Shown here: positions 43,736 through 59,190 of the stretch, piece by piece
Position numbering within the stretch: position 1 is the first letter of the stretch
Layout: the number at the start of each line of letters is the position of its first letter
Assembly (NCBI RefSeq): GCF_009914755.1
Contig: NC_060936.1
Strand: one strand, 5' to 3'
Origin: the human T2T-CHM13v2.0 reference genome, Homo sapiens
Length of the DNA stretch: 64,000 nt
The notes under the pieces: model-generated
Seen by the model: the letters and a program-made list of their open reading frames with translations, nothing else
What the model was told of the DNA's origin: nothing
Databases searched by the model: none
Program-made: the position numbers and the translations under genes

Positions 43736-43924
43736 GGGCTGGGTTTACCAGTGTTTCCGCCACTCCAAGTAAAACATACTGAAGAATCAGGTAGAAACAG
43801 GGCATGGAGGAAACAGTGAGAACTTTTCCTGAAAGGGGCTGCTCCACTGCAGGGAAATGTTTTCGGTGTATTTCAAAGAAGCCAGCTATCATCACAGACA
43901 ATGCAGCAAAAAGATTTCCAGCAA
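43736..43924 (-). CDS. SLC15A5: SLC15A5 coding exon (probably exon 6), 189 nt; (I)[62 protein letters not shown]
   Basis: Acceptor ttttccttcag|TT and donor GCC C|gtgagt, phase 1 to 1. Lies within ORF 43728..43943(-) and carries the POT TM10 signature QYxLxGxxE. Confidence 0.95.
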
Positions 43925-44023
43925 CTGAAGGAAAATAATGCAAAAGAAAAAAAAGTTAAACGAAGAGCTAGAGATTCATGTAATAAGCCATAACATTTCT
44001 TACCCATTGACATTAGATGTTTC

Positions 44024-45132
44024 TTTTTTGTTTGTTTGTTTTTATTTTTTTTTAATTTTTTTATTATACTTTAAGTTCTAGGGTACATGTGTACAATGTG
44101 CAGGTTTGTTACATATGTATACATGTGCCATGTTGGTGTTCTGCACCCATTAACTCGTCATTTACAATAGGTATATCTCCTAATGCTATTCCTCCCCCCT
44201 CCCCCCACCCCACAACAGGCCCTGGTGTGTGATGTTCCCCTTCCTGTGTCCAGGTATTCTCATTGTTCAATTCCCACCTATGAGTGAGAACATGCGGTGT
44301 TTGGTTTTTTGTCCTTATGATAGTTTGCTGAGAATGATGGTTTCCAGCTTCATCCACGTTCCTACAAAGGACATGAACCCATGATTTTTTATGGCTGCAT
44401 AGTATTCCATGGTGTATATGTGCCACATTTTCTTAATCCAGTCTATCATTGTTGGACATTTGGTTTGGTTCCAAGTCTTTGCTATTGTGAGTAGTGCCGC
44501 AATAAACATACATGTGCATGTGTATTTATAGCAGCATGATTTATATTCCTTTGGGTATATACCCAGTAATGGGATGGTTGGGTCAAATGGTATTTCTAGT
44601 TCTAGATCCCTGAGGAATGGCCACACTGTCTTCCACAATGGTTGAACTAGTTTACAGTCCCACCAACAGTGGAAAAGTGTTCCTATAGGCAATACCATTC
44701 AGGACATAGGCATGGGCAAGGACTTCATGTCTAAAACACCAAAAGCAATGGCAACAAAAGCCAAAATTGGCAAATGGGATCTAATTAAACTCAAGAGCTT
44801 CTGCACAGCAAAAGAAACTATCATCAGAGTGAACAGGCAACCTACAGAATGGGAGAAAATTTTTGCAATCTACTCATCTGACAAAGGGCTAATATCCAGA
44901 ATCTACAAAGAATTCAAACAAATTTACAAGAAAAAAACAACCCCATCAAAAAGTGAGTGAAGGATATGAACAGACACTTCTCAAAAGAAGACATTTATGC
45001 AGCCAACAGACACATGAAAAAATGCTCATCATCACGGGCCATCAGAGAAATGCAAATCAAAACCACAATGAGATATCATCTCACACCAGTTAGAATGGTG
45101 ATCATTAAAAAGTCAGGAAACAACAGGTGCTG
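44024..45132. mobile_element. 5'-truncated, 5'-inverted L1PA (about PA3-PA5), a twin-priming product
   Basis: 44024-44686 is the L1 3' end plus poly(A) on the minus strand; 44687-45132 is the adjacent upstream ORF2 segment on the plus strand. Perfect 15-nt TSD gacattagatgtttc at 44009-44023 and 45133-45147. Confidence 0.95.
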
Positions 45133-45377
45133 GACATTAGATGTTTCCTCAACATTTGTTTGCCCTCGGGATATCCAGACGCCAGTGATCTGTGCTGTTT
45201 GGCCATCCAGTGCTTAGGCTGTGGCCTCATAAAGGGCTGAGTTGACTTCCTCTTCCCTGACTTCCTACATATAGAACCTCAGGCCAGTAATGTAACCTCA
45301 TTATCACTTTCCTCAGCTCCAAGGTGGAGTTAATAACGCTTACTTTATAGGGTGCTTGTGACATTTAAATAAGACAA

Positions 45378-45680
45378 CTGATATCTGCTGGGGATTGGTT
45401 CCAAGACCCCAAAGACACCAAAATTCCTGCTGCTCAAGTGTATTATATAAAACGGCTTTGTATTTATTTGCACATAACCTATGCTCCTCTTCCTCTATTC
45501 TTTAAATCATTTCTAGGTTACTTATAATCCCTAATACAATGCAAATAGTATGTAAACAGTTGTTATACTATATTGTTTAGGGAATAATGACAAGAAAAAA
45601 AGTCTGTACATGTTCAATACAGATGCAACCAACTACTTTTTATTCAAGGTTGGTTGAATCTGCAGATGTGGATCCCTTGA
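45378..45680. mobile_element. MER2 (TcMar-Tigger)
   Basis: ggggattggttcca.gaccc...gctcaagt...gggaataatgacaagaaaaaaagtctgtacatgttca...ggttgaatc.gcagatg. Confidence 0.85.
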
Positions 45681-46659
45681 ATTAGTAGCAATTATTATTG
45701 AAGATAAAGCAATGTTTTAAAACTTTTTTTCCCAGAAAAGAGATATCATCCTAGATAACTTTCATAAAAAAGATATATGAGTCAAAAATTATTTGGAGGA
45801 AGTTCAAATATAAAATTATCTTTATATATAGCTTTAATTATTATTTTAAACATGTTTTTGAAATAAACTTAAAGTATTATTGGTCCTCAGTTGTCTGGCA
45901 TTTCTCTGATTTTCACAGAGAAGGTAAAACAGCTATTAGAGAAGGACTAAAACTTTCGTTTAGAAAAAAATTTCTTAAAGAGATAAATTAGCTAAGTGAA
46001 GAGTGTAAATGCCAACAATTATAGTGGTCAAACTCTTCTCTTCCTTTTACTTTTAAGGAATTATCTAGAAGTTTTTTGTTGAAATTGAGTAGGATTTTGT
46101 TACCGAGTCTGTATCTACTCTAACTATTCCATTTCTCCATTTAGCATTCATATTACTGGACTTAATCCTTTCGTTAGAGTGGAGGCAAACTTTAGCTTGA
46201 TGGAATTTATTTGAAATTTTCAGATAGTCACATTTTGCTAACTTGCATACAATTTTAGATAAGGCAAAGCTTTCAATTCAGAAAAATCAATCTAATGTTT
46301 AAATAGCTTAGTGTTTGTTTTGGTTGATAGAGAAACTGGTAGGTAATTTTTTTGATTATATCTCAGAATTTAAATATATTCATAAAGACTGCTCTTTCCA
46401 GGGTCCCCAAGAAATCAAAGGTGTAAAAAAGGAGGAAACCTCAATAAACCTCAGTTTAAAAATTTGAGGAATTTTTAATTTATTACTATTTTAAATTAAG
46501 GACTATAAAGGCTTATTCATAGTAAAGTAGAGATTTTGCTTCCGTAAACGGCTCACATAAAAAATACACATTTCACATATTATCTGATTTTAAGACCAAA
46601 TTCATTATATAATCACCTTTATCAAGATTATTGGACACATTACAGACTCATCAGAAAGA

Positions 46660-47700
46660 GTGCTAATATGTCAATTCAATTTAATATTTGCTCTGTTCCT
46701 GCTATATGCAAGATAGTATGCTCAGCACCGTGGGGGATAAAAGATGAAAAGAGTCTGTTCCATTGCAGACTCATATTCTATTGGGGAGTATCAGGAGAAG
46801 AACTTATTGCTAGTTGGAGAGGTGAGAGACATCATTTTATGCTTTTAAGAAAGAAGGGTTTCAGTACGAAAAGGTGAAAGCAGCACACGTGGCATGAGCA
46901 AAGGGACAGCGTTGTGAAAGCATCAGACAGATTTTCAGGATGATGAGACGTTCAAGTTATTTGGGAATCAAGGTAGACGATAGATTGGGGTCAGATCATA
47001 AGAAGCATTTAATACACTTTTAAGAAATTTGAAAATTACTCTGAAGATAAGAGAATGAAGATAATAGAATCATTGAAGATTTTAGACACAAGTGAAATGA
47101 TTACAATCGTTATTTAGGATGATTACTCTAAAGGTCATGTGCTGGTTGGTAGAATAGGAAAGATATTGGAGGTAGGAAGATAGAAGTGATAAAAATAATC
47201 TGGTAACGTATAATGGGGGCTTAAGTTACAATCAGGGCTTCCACTTCTGGAAAATATAAGGAAGGTAGAAACATAAAATGCATTAGAGGGCACTGATAAA
47301 ACCATAGCAACTGAAGCAAAGAGCAAGGAGGAAGCAGAAGTTAGTTATGAATATGAATCCAGGTGACTGGAAAGATGGCAGTGGTAATATAAGTAAGAAC
47401 CATAGTAGATATGGGAATAACATGAATTTAATTTTGAGTTGAGTTGGAGGTACAAAGCCATCATCTAAAGAGAAACGATCAGAAGACAATTGAAAATGTG
47501 TTATAGCTCAGGAAATTGGGTGAATCAAGAGAGAAAAAATAATGAGTCATCTGCTTAGAGTCAGAGTTTAGGGCCAGATGAAACTGAAAGAGGACTGGGG
47601 AGGGACAGCAGAGAATATCTAAGCAGTGCCTTCAAGCATGTTTGCATTTGGGGCAAGACAATGAAGTAAAAGTGCTGAAAGCAAGGTCAGAAAGATAGGT
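46660..47700. mobile_element. L2 fragment containing the second copy of the 42478-42731 duplication
   Basis: Purine-rich, L2-like body. Confidence 0.6.
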
Positions 47701-47868
47701 CATGTGTAAGAAAAGGTTTCAAGGAGGAGGATATACAAAGTAGAACTTTTGATCTTTCTCTCTAATTCTTCTCCTTCACTCTTCTGATCTCTTCCACATC
47801 TGTGGTCCCCTCTCTTCCCCCTACCTCCAAATACATCATTAAGTCCTGTAGATTTTGTTTCCAAAATA

Positions 47869-48302
47869 CACTTGACCCTTGAACAACATGGGTTTGAACT
47901 GCTCAGGTACACTTACATGCGGGTTTTCCTCTACTTCTACCACCTCTGAGACAGCAAGGCCAACCTCTCCTCCTGCTCCTCCTCAGCCTACTCAGTGTGA
48001 AGACAGTGAAGTTAAAGACCTCTGTGATGATCCACTTCCACTTAATACAGAGTAAATATATTTTCTCTTCTATATGATTTTCTTAATAACATTTCCTTCT
48101 CTGTAGCTGACTTTATTGTAAGAATACACTATGTAATACATATAACATAAAATGTATATTGATTGTTTATGTTATTAATATTGCTTTCCATCAACAGTAG
48201 GCTATTAGTAGTTAAGTTTGCAGGGGGTGAAAAGTTACACGTAGATTTTTGACTGTGTGGGGCTTGATGCTCCCAACCCCTGCGTTGTTCAAGGGTCAAC
48301 TG
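47869..48302. mobile_element. Tigger2a/MER28 inserted in an L2
   Basis: Terminal inverted repeats cacttgacccttgaacaac ... gttgttcaagggtcaactg. L2 sequence continues on both sides (about 47740-48960). Confidence 0.88.
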
Positions 48303-48958
48303 CGTATTATAAATCAATTTGCTTCTATCCATAGCCACTGCCATCATTCCAAGCCAAGCCATTCTCATTTTTAACTCAGATGATGTGCAGTAGCATATTA
48401 ACTGGTCTTCTTGTTTCCACTCTTGTCCACCTCTAACCTATTAAGCACCCAGCAGCCAGATTGAGCTTATGTAAATGTAAATTGAATATTACTCTTCAGC
48501 TTAATTCCTTCTATGGGTGTCCACACAGTTAAGAAGAAATCCGTAACTTTTAACATGGCCTGTGTGATCTTGCCTATGCTTGTTACTTCAGTCTAATTGC
48601 CTTGCTACTTTCTACTGTCTGACCAGGTTTCAGCCACAGTAATCTTCATCTTTCTTGAATATCTTAAACTCTTTCTTTTCCATCTTAGGGACTTTTATTT
48701 GCTCTTCACTCTGTCTGAAACCATCCTGTCTAATGCCTCTTTGTCTTTTAGATATGCACTTTATAATCTAAATTAGATCCCATAACATCCATTTTTTTCA
48801 CTATACTTACTACAATTTGAAATTAAATATTTTTAGTGTGTTCATTTTTACCATGTGTTTCAATTACTTCATTGGAAGATTCACAAGAATTGGATCTAAG
48901 TTTGTTTTGTTTATTACTCTTTACTACCAAGAAAAGGGCCCAGGTTCAAAGTAAGCAA

Positions 48959-48962
48959 CACA

Positions 48963-49006
<44 letters not shown>
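48959..49006. repeat. (CA)n microsatellite
   Basis: Seen directly in the sequence. Confidence 0.95.
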
Positions 49007-49009
<3 letters not shown>

Positions 49010-49953
49010 TTAAATAAATAAATGACCACGTTTAATATTTTTAATATTTTAAGAGATAGAGGATAATGAAACATGTGACAAGTCTACTGTATTGAAGAAT
49101 GGAATATAAGTTACTTTTTACACTCAGCAGGACTCCCATGATGAAATCAGAAAGCAAGGGGTTGAACAATGAGTGGGTGGTATGTGTAAGTAGTGTCATC
49201 TAATCTTCTAAGAAGTTTGGTGTGCAGAAAAGGAGAAAGCTTTACAAATTGCTTAAGAAGTTAGCAGGATCACAGGAAGCTCTTTTATAAGATGTGAAAG
49301 GCTTAGTCATGTTTGTATAGATGGAAGAGGAGTCAATGGAGATGGGAAAAATTAAAGATACATGAGGAAAAAATAAATAATATAGAAGCATCCTGAAGTA
49401 GATGAGAGAGAGAAAAGGCTTAGGGGCCCAAGTTTAATCCCAGCAAGGAAAGAAAAAAGTTATCCTCTAAAGGAAAAGAAATGTATAGAATGTTTAGAAT
49501 ACGGAGAATATTGACAAATAGAAAAGTGAATTTGAGGACATATTTATCATATAATCTTATTCTTGCAACTTAGAGAGGCTAGTCACTTGGTGAGAATGAG
49601 TAGATGGGAATGAAATTGAGAGGATAGAGAGGTAAGTTTCAACAACCCACTGTTGATGAGTTTAAACAAAAGATAGAGTCTACAGTAAAATTAGAGCTGG
49701 TTGCTGAGGTTTGCAGCTTATTTTACTGAGCTCTTTTTTTTGTCCTAATAGTGCAAGAGCTGAACCATCCCAGACAATAGAAGCACAATTTAATACTTGT
49801 CCCATAGGCTTTGCTTTTGACATTACAGTAAACAATTAGAATGATGTTAAATTATTCAATTTGTTTACAAAATTTAGATGAATTTTTAATTATTTACACC
49901 CAGAGAATAAGGCACTTGAGTATTTTTTATTTTTTAATTCTTAAAAAAGACAA

Positions 49954-50276
<323 letters not shown>

Positions 50277-50564
50277 TTATGTTCTTCAAGGTTTAGGACC
50301 TAGATAATGGCCAAGTATTTTTCTAATTAAATAGTCTCCACCAGTATGATTCTTATTAGTTACGTAACTGTGGGCCAGTCACTTTACCTTAAAAATTCTC
50401 AAGTATCTTTTGTACAAAATTTGGTATTAGATAGTGCATAATGGTGCAAATTCTTTGCAAGTTGGAAAAGAAAGTTGGAAAAAACTATGCAGATTTAGAA
50501 TACTTTTAAGATCCTATTCCACTAAAAGAAGATTTTTATCTACATTCCAATATCTAGAGCAGTT

Positions 50565-52375
<1,811 letters not shown>

Positions 52376-52574
52376 AAGTTGCTTTCTTTGGTTTTCTTTC
52401 AGAATTTGAATTCTGTGAGTACCTTCTAAGATACCCCTTATCCTGACTAATTTGAGGTAATTTAGATTTTACAACTATCATGCACTTTTATTTTTTTGAT
52501 TGTTACTTGTGCTATGTAAAAATGCTTATATTTTATGAAGGAAAGTTTATGGCATTACCAGCAAAAGTTTAGAC

Positions 52575-52897
52575 AAGCATCACTATTTTTTTTCTCTGTA
52601 AAAGGCCAGTAATAAGTACTTCAGACTTTGTGAGAAAAACAACAAAATTGAGGATAAGTAGGTACTTACGTAACAAGAGAGAAATAAATTTCTATGATTT
52701 TTAAAATTGATAAAATTTAAAATTATTTCTTTTGGAAGGGTGATGCAATTTCAATTAATTAGAGTTTAAAGGTGTTTTCTATTATCAAATCAGTTGCAAA
52801 TGTTCATCTGTGTAAACCATTCTTACCATGCAGGTCATACAAAAACAGACGGTGGGCCAGATTTGGCCCATGAGCTGTAGTGATTGGCTAACCCCTG
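52575..52897. mobile_element. MER58-family (hAT-Charlie)
   Basis: tctgtaaaaggccag...gtgggccagatttggccc.tg.gctgtag...aacccctg. Confidence 0.75.
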
Positions 52898-53054
52898 GTT
52901 TAGTCATCCGCTTTTATTACCTGTTACTGAACTTTCGTTCTGGCCTAGAGAGAAATTGTGGCATTTTACCTGGGCCACTGCTGCCTATACACATGCATGA
53001 AACTTGAGAGAGCCGTCTTTTGGGCCACTTTCTTTGTCTTTGATACTGAAAGTG

Positions 53055-53204
53055 TCCTCCCTGACCAGTAGTGTAGGTATCACCTGGGGGCTTGTTAGAC
53101 ATGCAGAATCTCAGGCTCTGCTCCGGAACTACTGACTCAGAATCTGCATTTAAACTAGGTCTCTAGATGATTCTTATACAAATTAAACTATGAGAAGCAC
53201 TGCT
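53055..53204. mobile_element. MER5A
   Basis: atcacctggg.gcttgttaga.atgcagaatctcagg...tactga.tcagaatctgcattt...tgagaagcactg. Confidence 0.85.
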
Positions 53205-53297
53205 CAAGCATATAACACTGTCAGGCCTGATCTAGCAAAATCCAATGAAAGACTGTTCTCCAGAAAATTTCAAGCAAAGCACACATATTTAGTTTAT

Positions 53298-53661
53298 TGT
53301 CTTAGTTTGCTTGTGCTGTTATTCAAAAAAAGTGTGAGACTGAGTAATTTATAAAGAATAGAAATTTCTTTTCTCACAGTTCTAAAAGCTGGAAAATTCA
53401 AGGACAAGGTGCTGGTAGGGTTGGTTGTCTGGGGAGGGCTGCTTTCTGCTTCCAAGATGGCACGTTCCACATGGCAGAAGGTAGAAGAGCAAATGAAATG
53501 AATTCTATCAAGACCTTTTATAAGAGCACCTAATCCCATTTATGACAGTGGAACACTGATGACTCACTCTCCTCCCAAAACCAACACCTCCCAATACTGT
53601 TGTACTGGGGATAAATTTCAACATGAATTTTGGAGGGAACAAAAACATACAAACCATAGCA
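53298..53661 (-). mobile_element. MST/MLT1A-type MaLR solo LTR (MSTD-like)
   Basis: tgtcttagt...taatttataaagaa.agaaattt...ctcacagttct...gcttccaagatggc...tttcaacatgaattttggagg...aaaccatagca. Confidence 0.85.
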
Positions 53662-54567
53662 CTCTTACCTAGGTATTTTAGGGCAAAGCATATTTTAGAG
53701 TATTTAAGGTTCTATGTTTGCTTCTTATTTGCTACTGCACTCTGGTGCCAATGAAAACTAACTTTCTTAAAATTTAAAGCAAACTTTGATTCCGACCTAA
53801 ATTTAATCCACTCCATTTTTAATTCTTAACTTGTATGAGATAATAACACACCCAAAGCAGAGTGCAGTTTATCAGAATGTACACATTTTAAACCTCTAGC
53901 AGATCTGTACTTACAAGATAAAGCACAATGGTTGCATAGGAGATATTATATTCAGATAAATAATGTGTGTTTTAATACTGCCTGTGTGGTTGCAGACAAG
54001 TCCACAAGAGTCTTGAAGTTCTTATAATTTATGCTATTATTGAACCATGTAATAATTTTCCAAATTAGTCTACAATGAAATAAAAGACATTCCGAATTTA
54101 TTGAAACATTAGGGTTGCACTTGTGATTTCATAATGAAGCTGAACTTATACTAAAAAAGTGGGCATGTTAAGATTCTTTAGGTATTGGTATAAGATTCTT
54201 TAGGTATAAATTTATTTGCTGAGAAAACTATGGGTTTCTATGTGTAGTGTGATGTTTGAGTTTCTGATATGTAAGCTCACAGCCTTAAGTATGAAATTCT
54301 ATGGAGTCCTTGAGAAATTCCCTTTGGATCCATGATTTTGGCAAATTCCCAGGATAGGAAATTTGCTCAGTGTTAATATATCATTCAGTGTTCATGAACT
54401 ACTCTCATAAAGACAGCTATAATTTTATTGTCTTATGTATCTGCTGCCTTTGGGGAAGATATTTGTCACTCACTTTTTAGGGTGGCATATGTTTTTTATT
54501 TTTATTGTTTTCCCCTATTTGTGGCATGTTTTTATACATAATATATACAAAACACGACATGTTATAA

Positions 54568-54665
54568 GTATATATGTGTATATATATGTATATGTATATA
54601 TATGTATATATGTATATGTATATGTATATATATGTATATATGTATATGTATATGTACATATATAT
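54568..54665. repeat. (TATATG)n/(TA)n microsatellite
   Basis: Seen directly in the sequence; it explains the YIYV/MYMY low-complexity ORFs. Confidence 0.92.
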
Positions 54666-57600
54666 GACCTTCTATCTTTTGTTTCTCTGTAGACCATTGG
54701 AATTCATTTCAGAAGACCCAGCTTCAGTTTATGTTTTATTTCTGAATGTAGAACAGGTAGTCATTTACATAGAGATAAAATATGCAAATGTATCTCTATA
54801 AGGCATCAGTTATTTGCTTCAGATTGCATATTAGATGATCTACCTCACCTCTGATTTAATTCCAACTTGATGTTACATTTAAGAATTGAGAATACTAATG
54901 TGCTTATATCAAACAAATGTGCAACCGAATGAATGACTTATTCAGGCTAGATGTTTACAATTCATGGTTTACTTCTTTTGGTGTTTACACAGTTCCTCCT
55001 ATCAAGTATTTTACAATGGGTACATACCATGATGTTTCTTGGGAAAATATATCAGTTTGAAAGCTGTATCAAAAAAGAATTTTCCCTGAGATAATTGTAC
55101 TTGCAATGAAAATAACTGGATCCTTGACTTGGCTTTTAGCTTAGCAACCACTTTGGTTTCAACCACAAAAAGAACTTTATACAACTGCAAGTTATTAGAA
55201 CTAGTTGAGGTTACTGGTTATGTATACAGGGACCTACACTGACTGTGACTATATCATAAAAGACTTTTAGCTGGAACTTGAATTTTCATGTTTTTATTTT
55301 AAAGAAAAAAGGTATTGCAGTTATGTGAATATATTTCATCTACATTTAAATTTAAATGTTATTTAAAAGCCAAGATAATTGCTACCTACTGTGTTGTACA
55401 CTTCTGCTTTGTGTAAGCCTTAATAACAATCTTAATTAGGCTGATTTTGGTCAGATTAATACTTGTGTGTGTGAGCACTAACTACTGAATGCTCCATACT
55501 GCAGGATTTTAATTAATGCTAAGGAAAGGAAATACTCATAGTGTAAACATTTGTGAACTAAAAAAAATATAAAATGAAGTAAACCCAATTATGATAGAAG
55601 ATAAATTACAATAATATCATTAGTTCTGGATTTGTAGTGAATTAAGGTTGACTTAACCAGATAAATCCACACAAGTGTAATATTAAGAAAATGCAGCCCT
55701 TGATAAAACACTCTGAGCCTATGAAGTCTTTGCCTTTCACAGTCTTGGAAGACTTAGAGGTTTTTCTTTTTAATAGTTGGAGACCCTGACATATTTCTTG
55801 ACCTCCATAGGTGATGAACTCAGGAATGTTGCATCTTGAATCAGAAACACCTTTGTTATTGCATTGTTTATGAGCTAGATAAAAAAGTAAGTTGATTTTT
55901 TCTTTATAAATTTCTAGTTTGACCAGCTGGGTAAGATTTCCCCATCTCTCACTCTTGGTCTGGGCTGTGATTTTGCATGTAAAACATTAGGCATTGTCAT
56001 TGACTTTACCATTTGCCTCCTTAAACATGACAGTCCCTGGAAGGAGAATACGAATACCTGGATGTGGAAGGGCATGTGACAGTATAAGGAGTAACTGCCC
56101 ATTGTGATGACAAAAGGAGTTTTTCAGGTATTTCATGGCACTAACTGGAAATATCAATAAGGATGCCAAGCTAACATCAATACATTAACTTCTATAATCT
56201 AACAGCTACGTTTAGCCGCTAAGCAGAATAGTAATAGTAATAATGATAAAGTTATGCCCTTAAAATTAGAAAACCTGTTCAAATGACACTATCTTTGTGA
56301 CCCTGATCTATTAAATGATGGTTTATCATGAGATTAAATGTAATATGTGTATGAAGGTTCCTAAATTCAAATTAGGAACTCACAAATATATGTTCATTCA
56401 TAATTCATATACCTATATACTTCACCCACATTTTCAGGCACTTGAGTTCAAAGTGAAAGGTAACTTTAATATTAGACTAATTCAGTTATGTAAATTAGTA
56501 TCAAAAAGTACCCCAGGTTGGTACTTTTATGTCCTGATAAAACTTGTTAATCTTTCATAATCATAACCAGAATATGGAAAACTTAAGCAAATATCTAGTT
56601 TAAAAGACGCATATCATCGCACTTTTATATTCCCATAGCAAAACGTTATGCAAATAAACGTACAAGTATGCAAATCAATGAATGAATGGAGTGGGGTTCA
56701 GAAACAACTGAAATCAGTATTCTGTACCCAGTGGAACGTAGCTTAGTTTCTTTTGAAGTGAGTCTAGTTTTTCCTTTTTCCTGTGCAATAGGTCTTGTTA
56801 CCAATCTTGAAGGGGAATATTTAATTCATTAACAACATCAAACAATATACTAAATAACTCTGTCTAACTTTTCTAAATCCAGAAAAAAAGTACTCTTCTT
56901 TAGGAAGAGATGTGATTTCAAATATGCAGGAGTAGAGAATTGTCCAAAAGAAAGTTGCTTAACTTTAAAGTTAATTTAAGATTTCTTATTCTCAGGAAGA
57001 ATTTATTTTAGCCATGTTGTATAGAATATTTTTCTAGGGTACCCAAAATTTTAAAATTTGTGGTAATTAAGCATGATTTGGAAGCTCAGATTGGGGTGTT
57101 TCATGACACTGTACAAAACTGCTGAGATTTTTGGCATTTCACAATATGATTTTACTCCTATTTTGTCCTGCATGCATTATGTTTCAATCATGGACTTGCT
57201 GAAGGTATATACAAACCATGTCTTACTTTTCCTTTTTTATCTTTATTTTACTGCTAATCCTGGACATTCACCAAATATGTGCTGGCTTTTGGATTTCTAC
57301 ATTGGCAGACAGAAAAGCACTTTTTAAGTCTTAAGGATTATCAAAACCTAAAGATTTATAGTTTGCTAAAGCCTATTACAATAAATAAAGATGGGGTTAC
57401 TGGCTTAAGAAATACATCTCAAAAGGTTATATACTAAAGTCCTCCTCTATAATTGAAGATGATAAAATAAACTAAGGTGAGTTTAGTCACTTTTAGTTCT
57501 AACCAAAAATAAACCCACTCCATGATGTGATCTTGAGTGATCTGGTAGATAAAGAACAGGAAACACACACAATGAAATGTAACTTCTGTAAACAGAGAAG

Positions 57601-57667
57601 CAACAAAAAATACCTGTGACTAGAAGATTCCGCCATAGTCTCCTAAGTCTCTTAATAAGAACAGGTT

Positions 57668-58002
<335 letters not shown>

Positions 58003-59003
58003 CTATATGCCTGACCTTGACTATTTCAATAGAATTGTTTCTCAAGTAGAGGATAAGACATTAGGTTACCATTGCATGATATTACTTAAGAATTTCAAAC
58101 TTCCTTTGCTTTCTGTTTATGCTCACCAAACAATTAAATGTGTCCCCTGCACATAATGACTCATAATAATAGCTAACATTTATAGAGCTTTTGCTATGTG
58201 TCTGGACTACGTTCTGGGCACTGATGTCATCCTGAGTGATTTCAAAAGTTTTACAGAACAAAATGATCCAAAATTTATCTAGGGTATGTCCCTCAATGAA
58301 AAAAATAAGCAAACTAAAACAAGGAAGTTTCAGTGGCTTTTTCAAAGTCACCAGGAGCAGTTCAATGTCAGAGTTCTCTGATTCTTAGATTGAAACTTGT
58401 TTTACTGTACCCCCACTGTTCTCTTGTTCCCTGATGGTGTCGAAGGAAGACAGGCAGAGGAGAATATGATCAGAATGGACTTCCATCCTTCTCTCCCATT
58501 TCAATCAGATAAATTTCATTTTATGTCCTATTGATTATGTTCTGAGAATGATATCCTAAATTGCACTATTTGATAAAGTACTGTATTGAAGCTGTAACTT
58601 ACAATACTAATCCTTAATCAATTTTGTTACCGATTCAGAAATTAAAATGATCTTTTGGAATTAATTAACTGTTTATTTTTAAGAACCTATTTGACATAGA
58701 CTTAAGGGGTAAGGACTGCCTGACTTTAAGGATAGGTCATTTGGTAGTGCTGGAAATTTCACCATCTCTTTATATCAGGTGTGTCTTCTGAGGAGACATA
58801 AACATAAAAGGATAGGAAGAAGATGGGACACATGTCTGGCTAGAGATTTCGGAAGATGGGTGTTATCAGTCACAAATTCACCTGTTTTCCATATTATCAA
58901 AATCTGACACTACTCAGGAGCATATAGCTAGTTTGGATCTTAGCAGAATGTTGTTTTAAAAAAGTTTCAAACGATTCGCATGAAATGGTTAAATTGTACT
59001 TAC

Positions 59004-59190
59004 TGATGCATGTTGACAGAAATGATCCAACTCTCTTAGAGGGAAACAGGCAGGTGCTGAAATACTCCAGAAAAGGAGCCAGAATTAGTAATGGTAGGCT
59101 GCTGATGGCATTCATTACTGCAATCGGCAGAAGAAATCCATCCAAATTCAGGTTGGAATTCATAGTTTGCAGATAATATCCTGAAGGAAT
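59004..59190 (-). CDS. SLC15A5: SLC15A5 coding exon (probably exon 5), 187 nt; [62 protein letters not shown]
   Basis: Acceptor ...aatacag|ATT and donor ATC A|gtaagt, phase 0 to 1. Lies within ORF 58897..59250(-) and encodes a POT-family TM7/TM8-like sequence. Confidence 0.95.

Noticed and set aside
44109-45217. ORFs resembling an intact reverse-transcriptase gene
   Set aside because: These are fragments of L1 ORF2 in a 1.1-kb truncated, inverted insertion with frameshifts and stops.
54435-54801. Low-complexity YIYV/HTHT/ERER ORFs, also at 2698, 12964, 24893 and 48836
   Set aside because: Artefacts of microsatellites.
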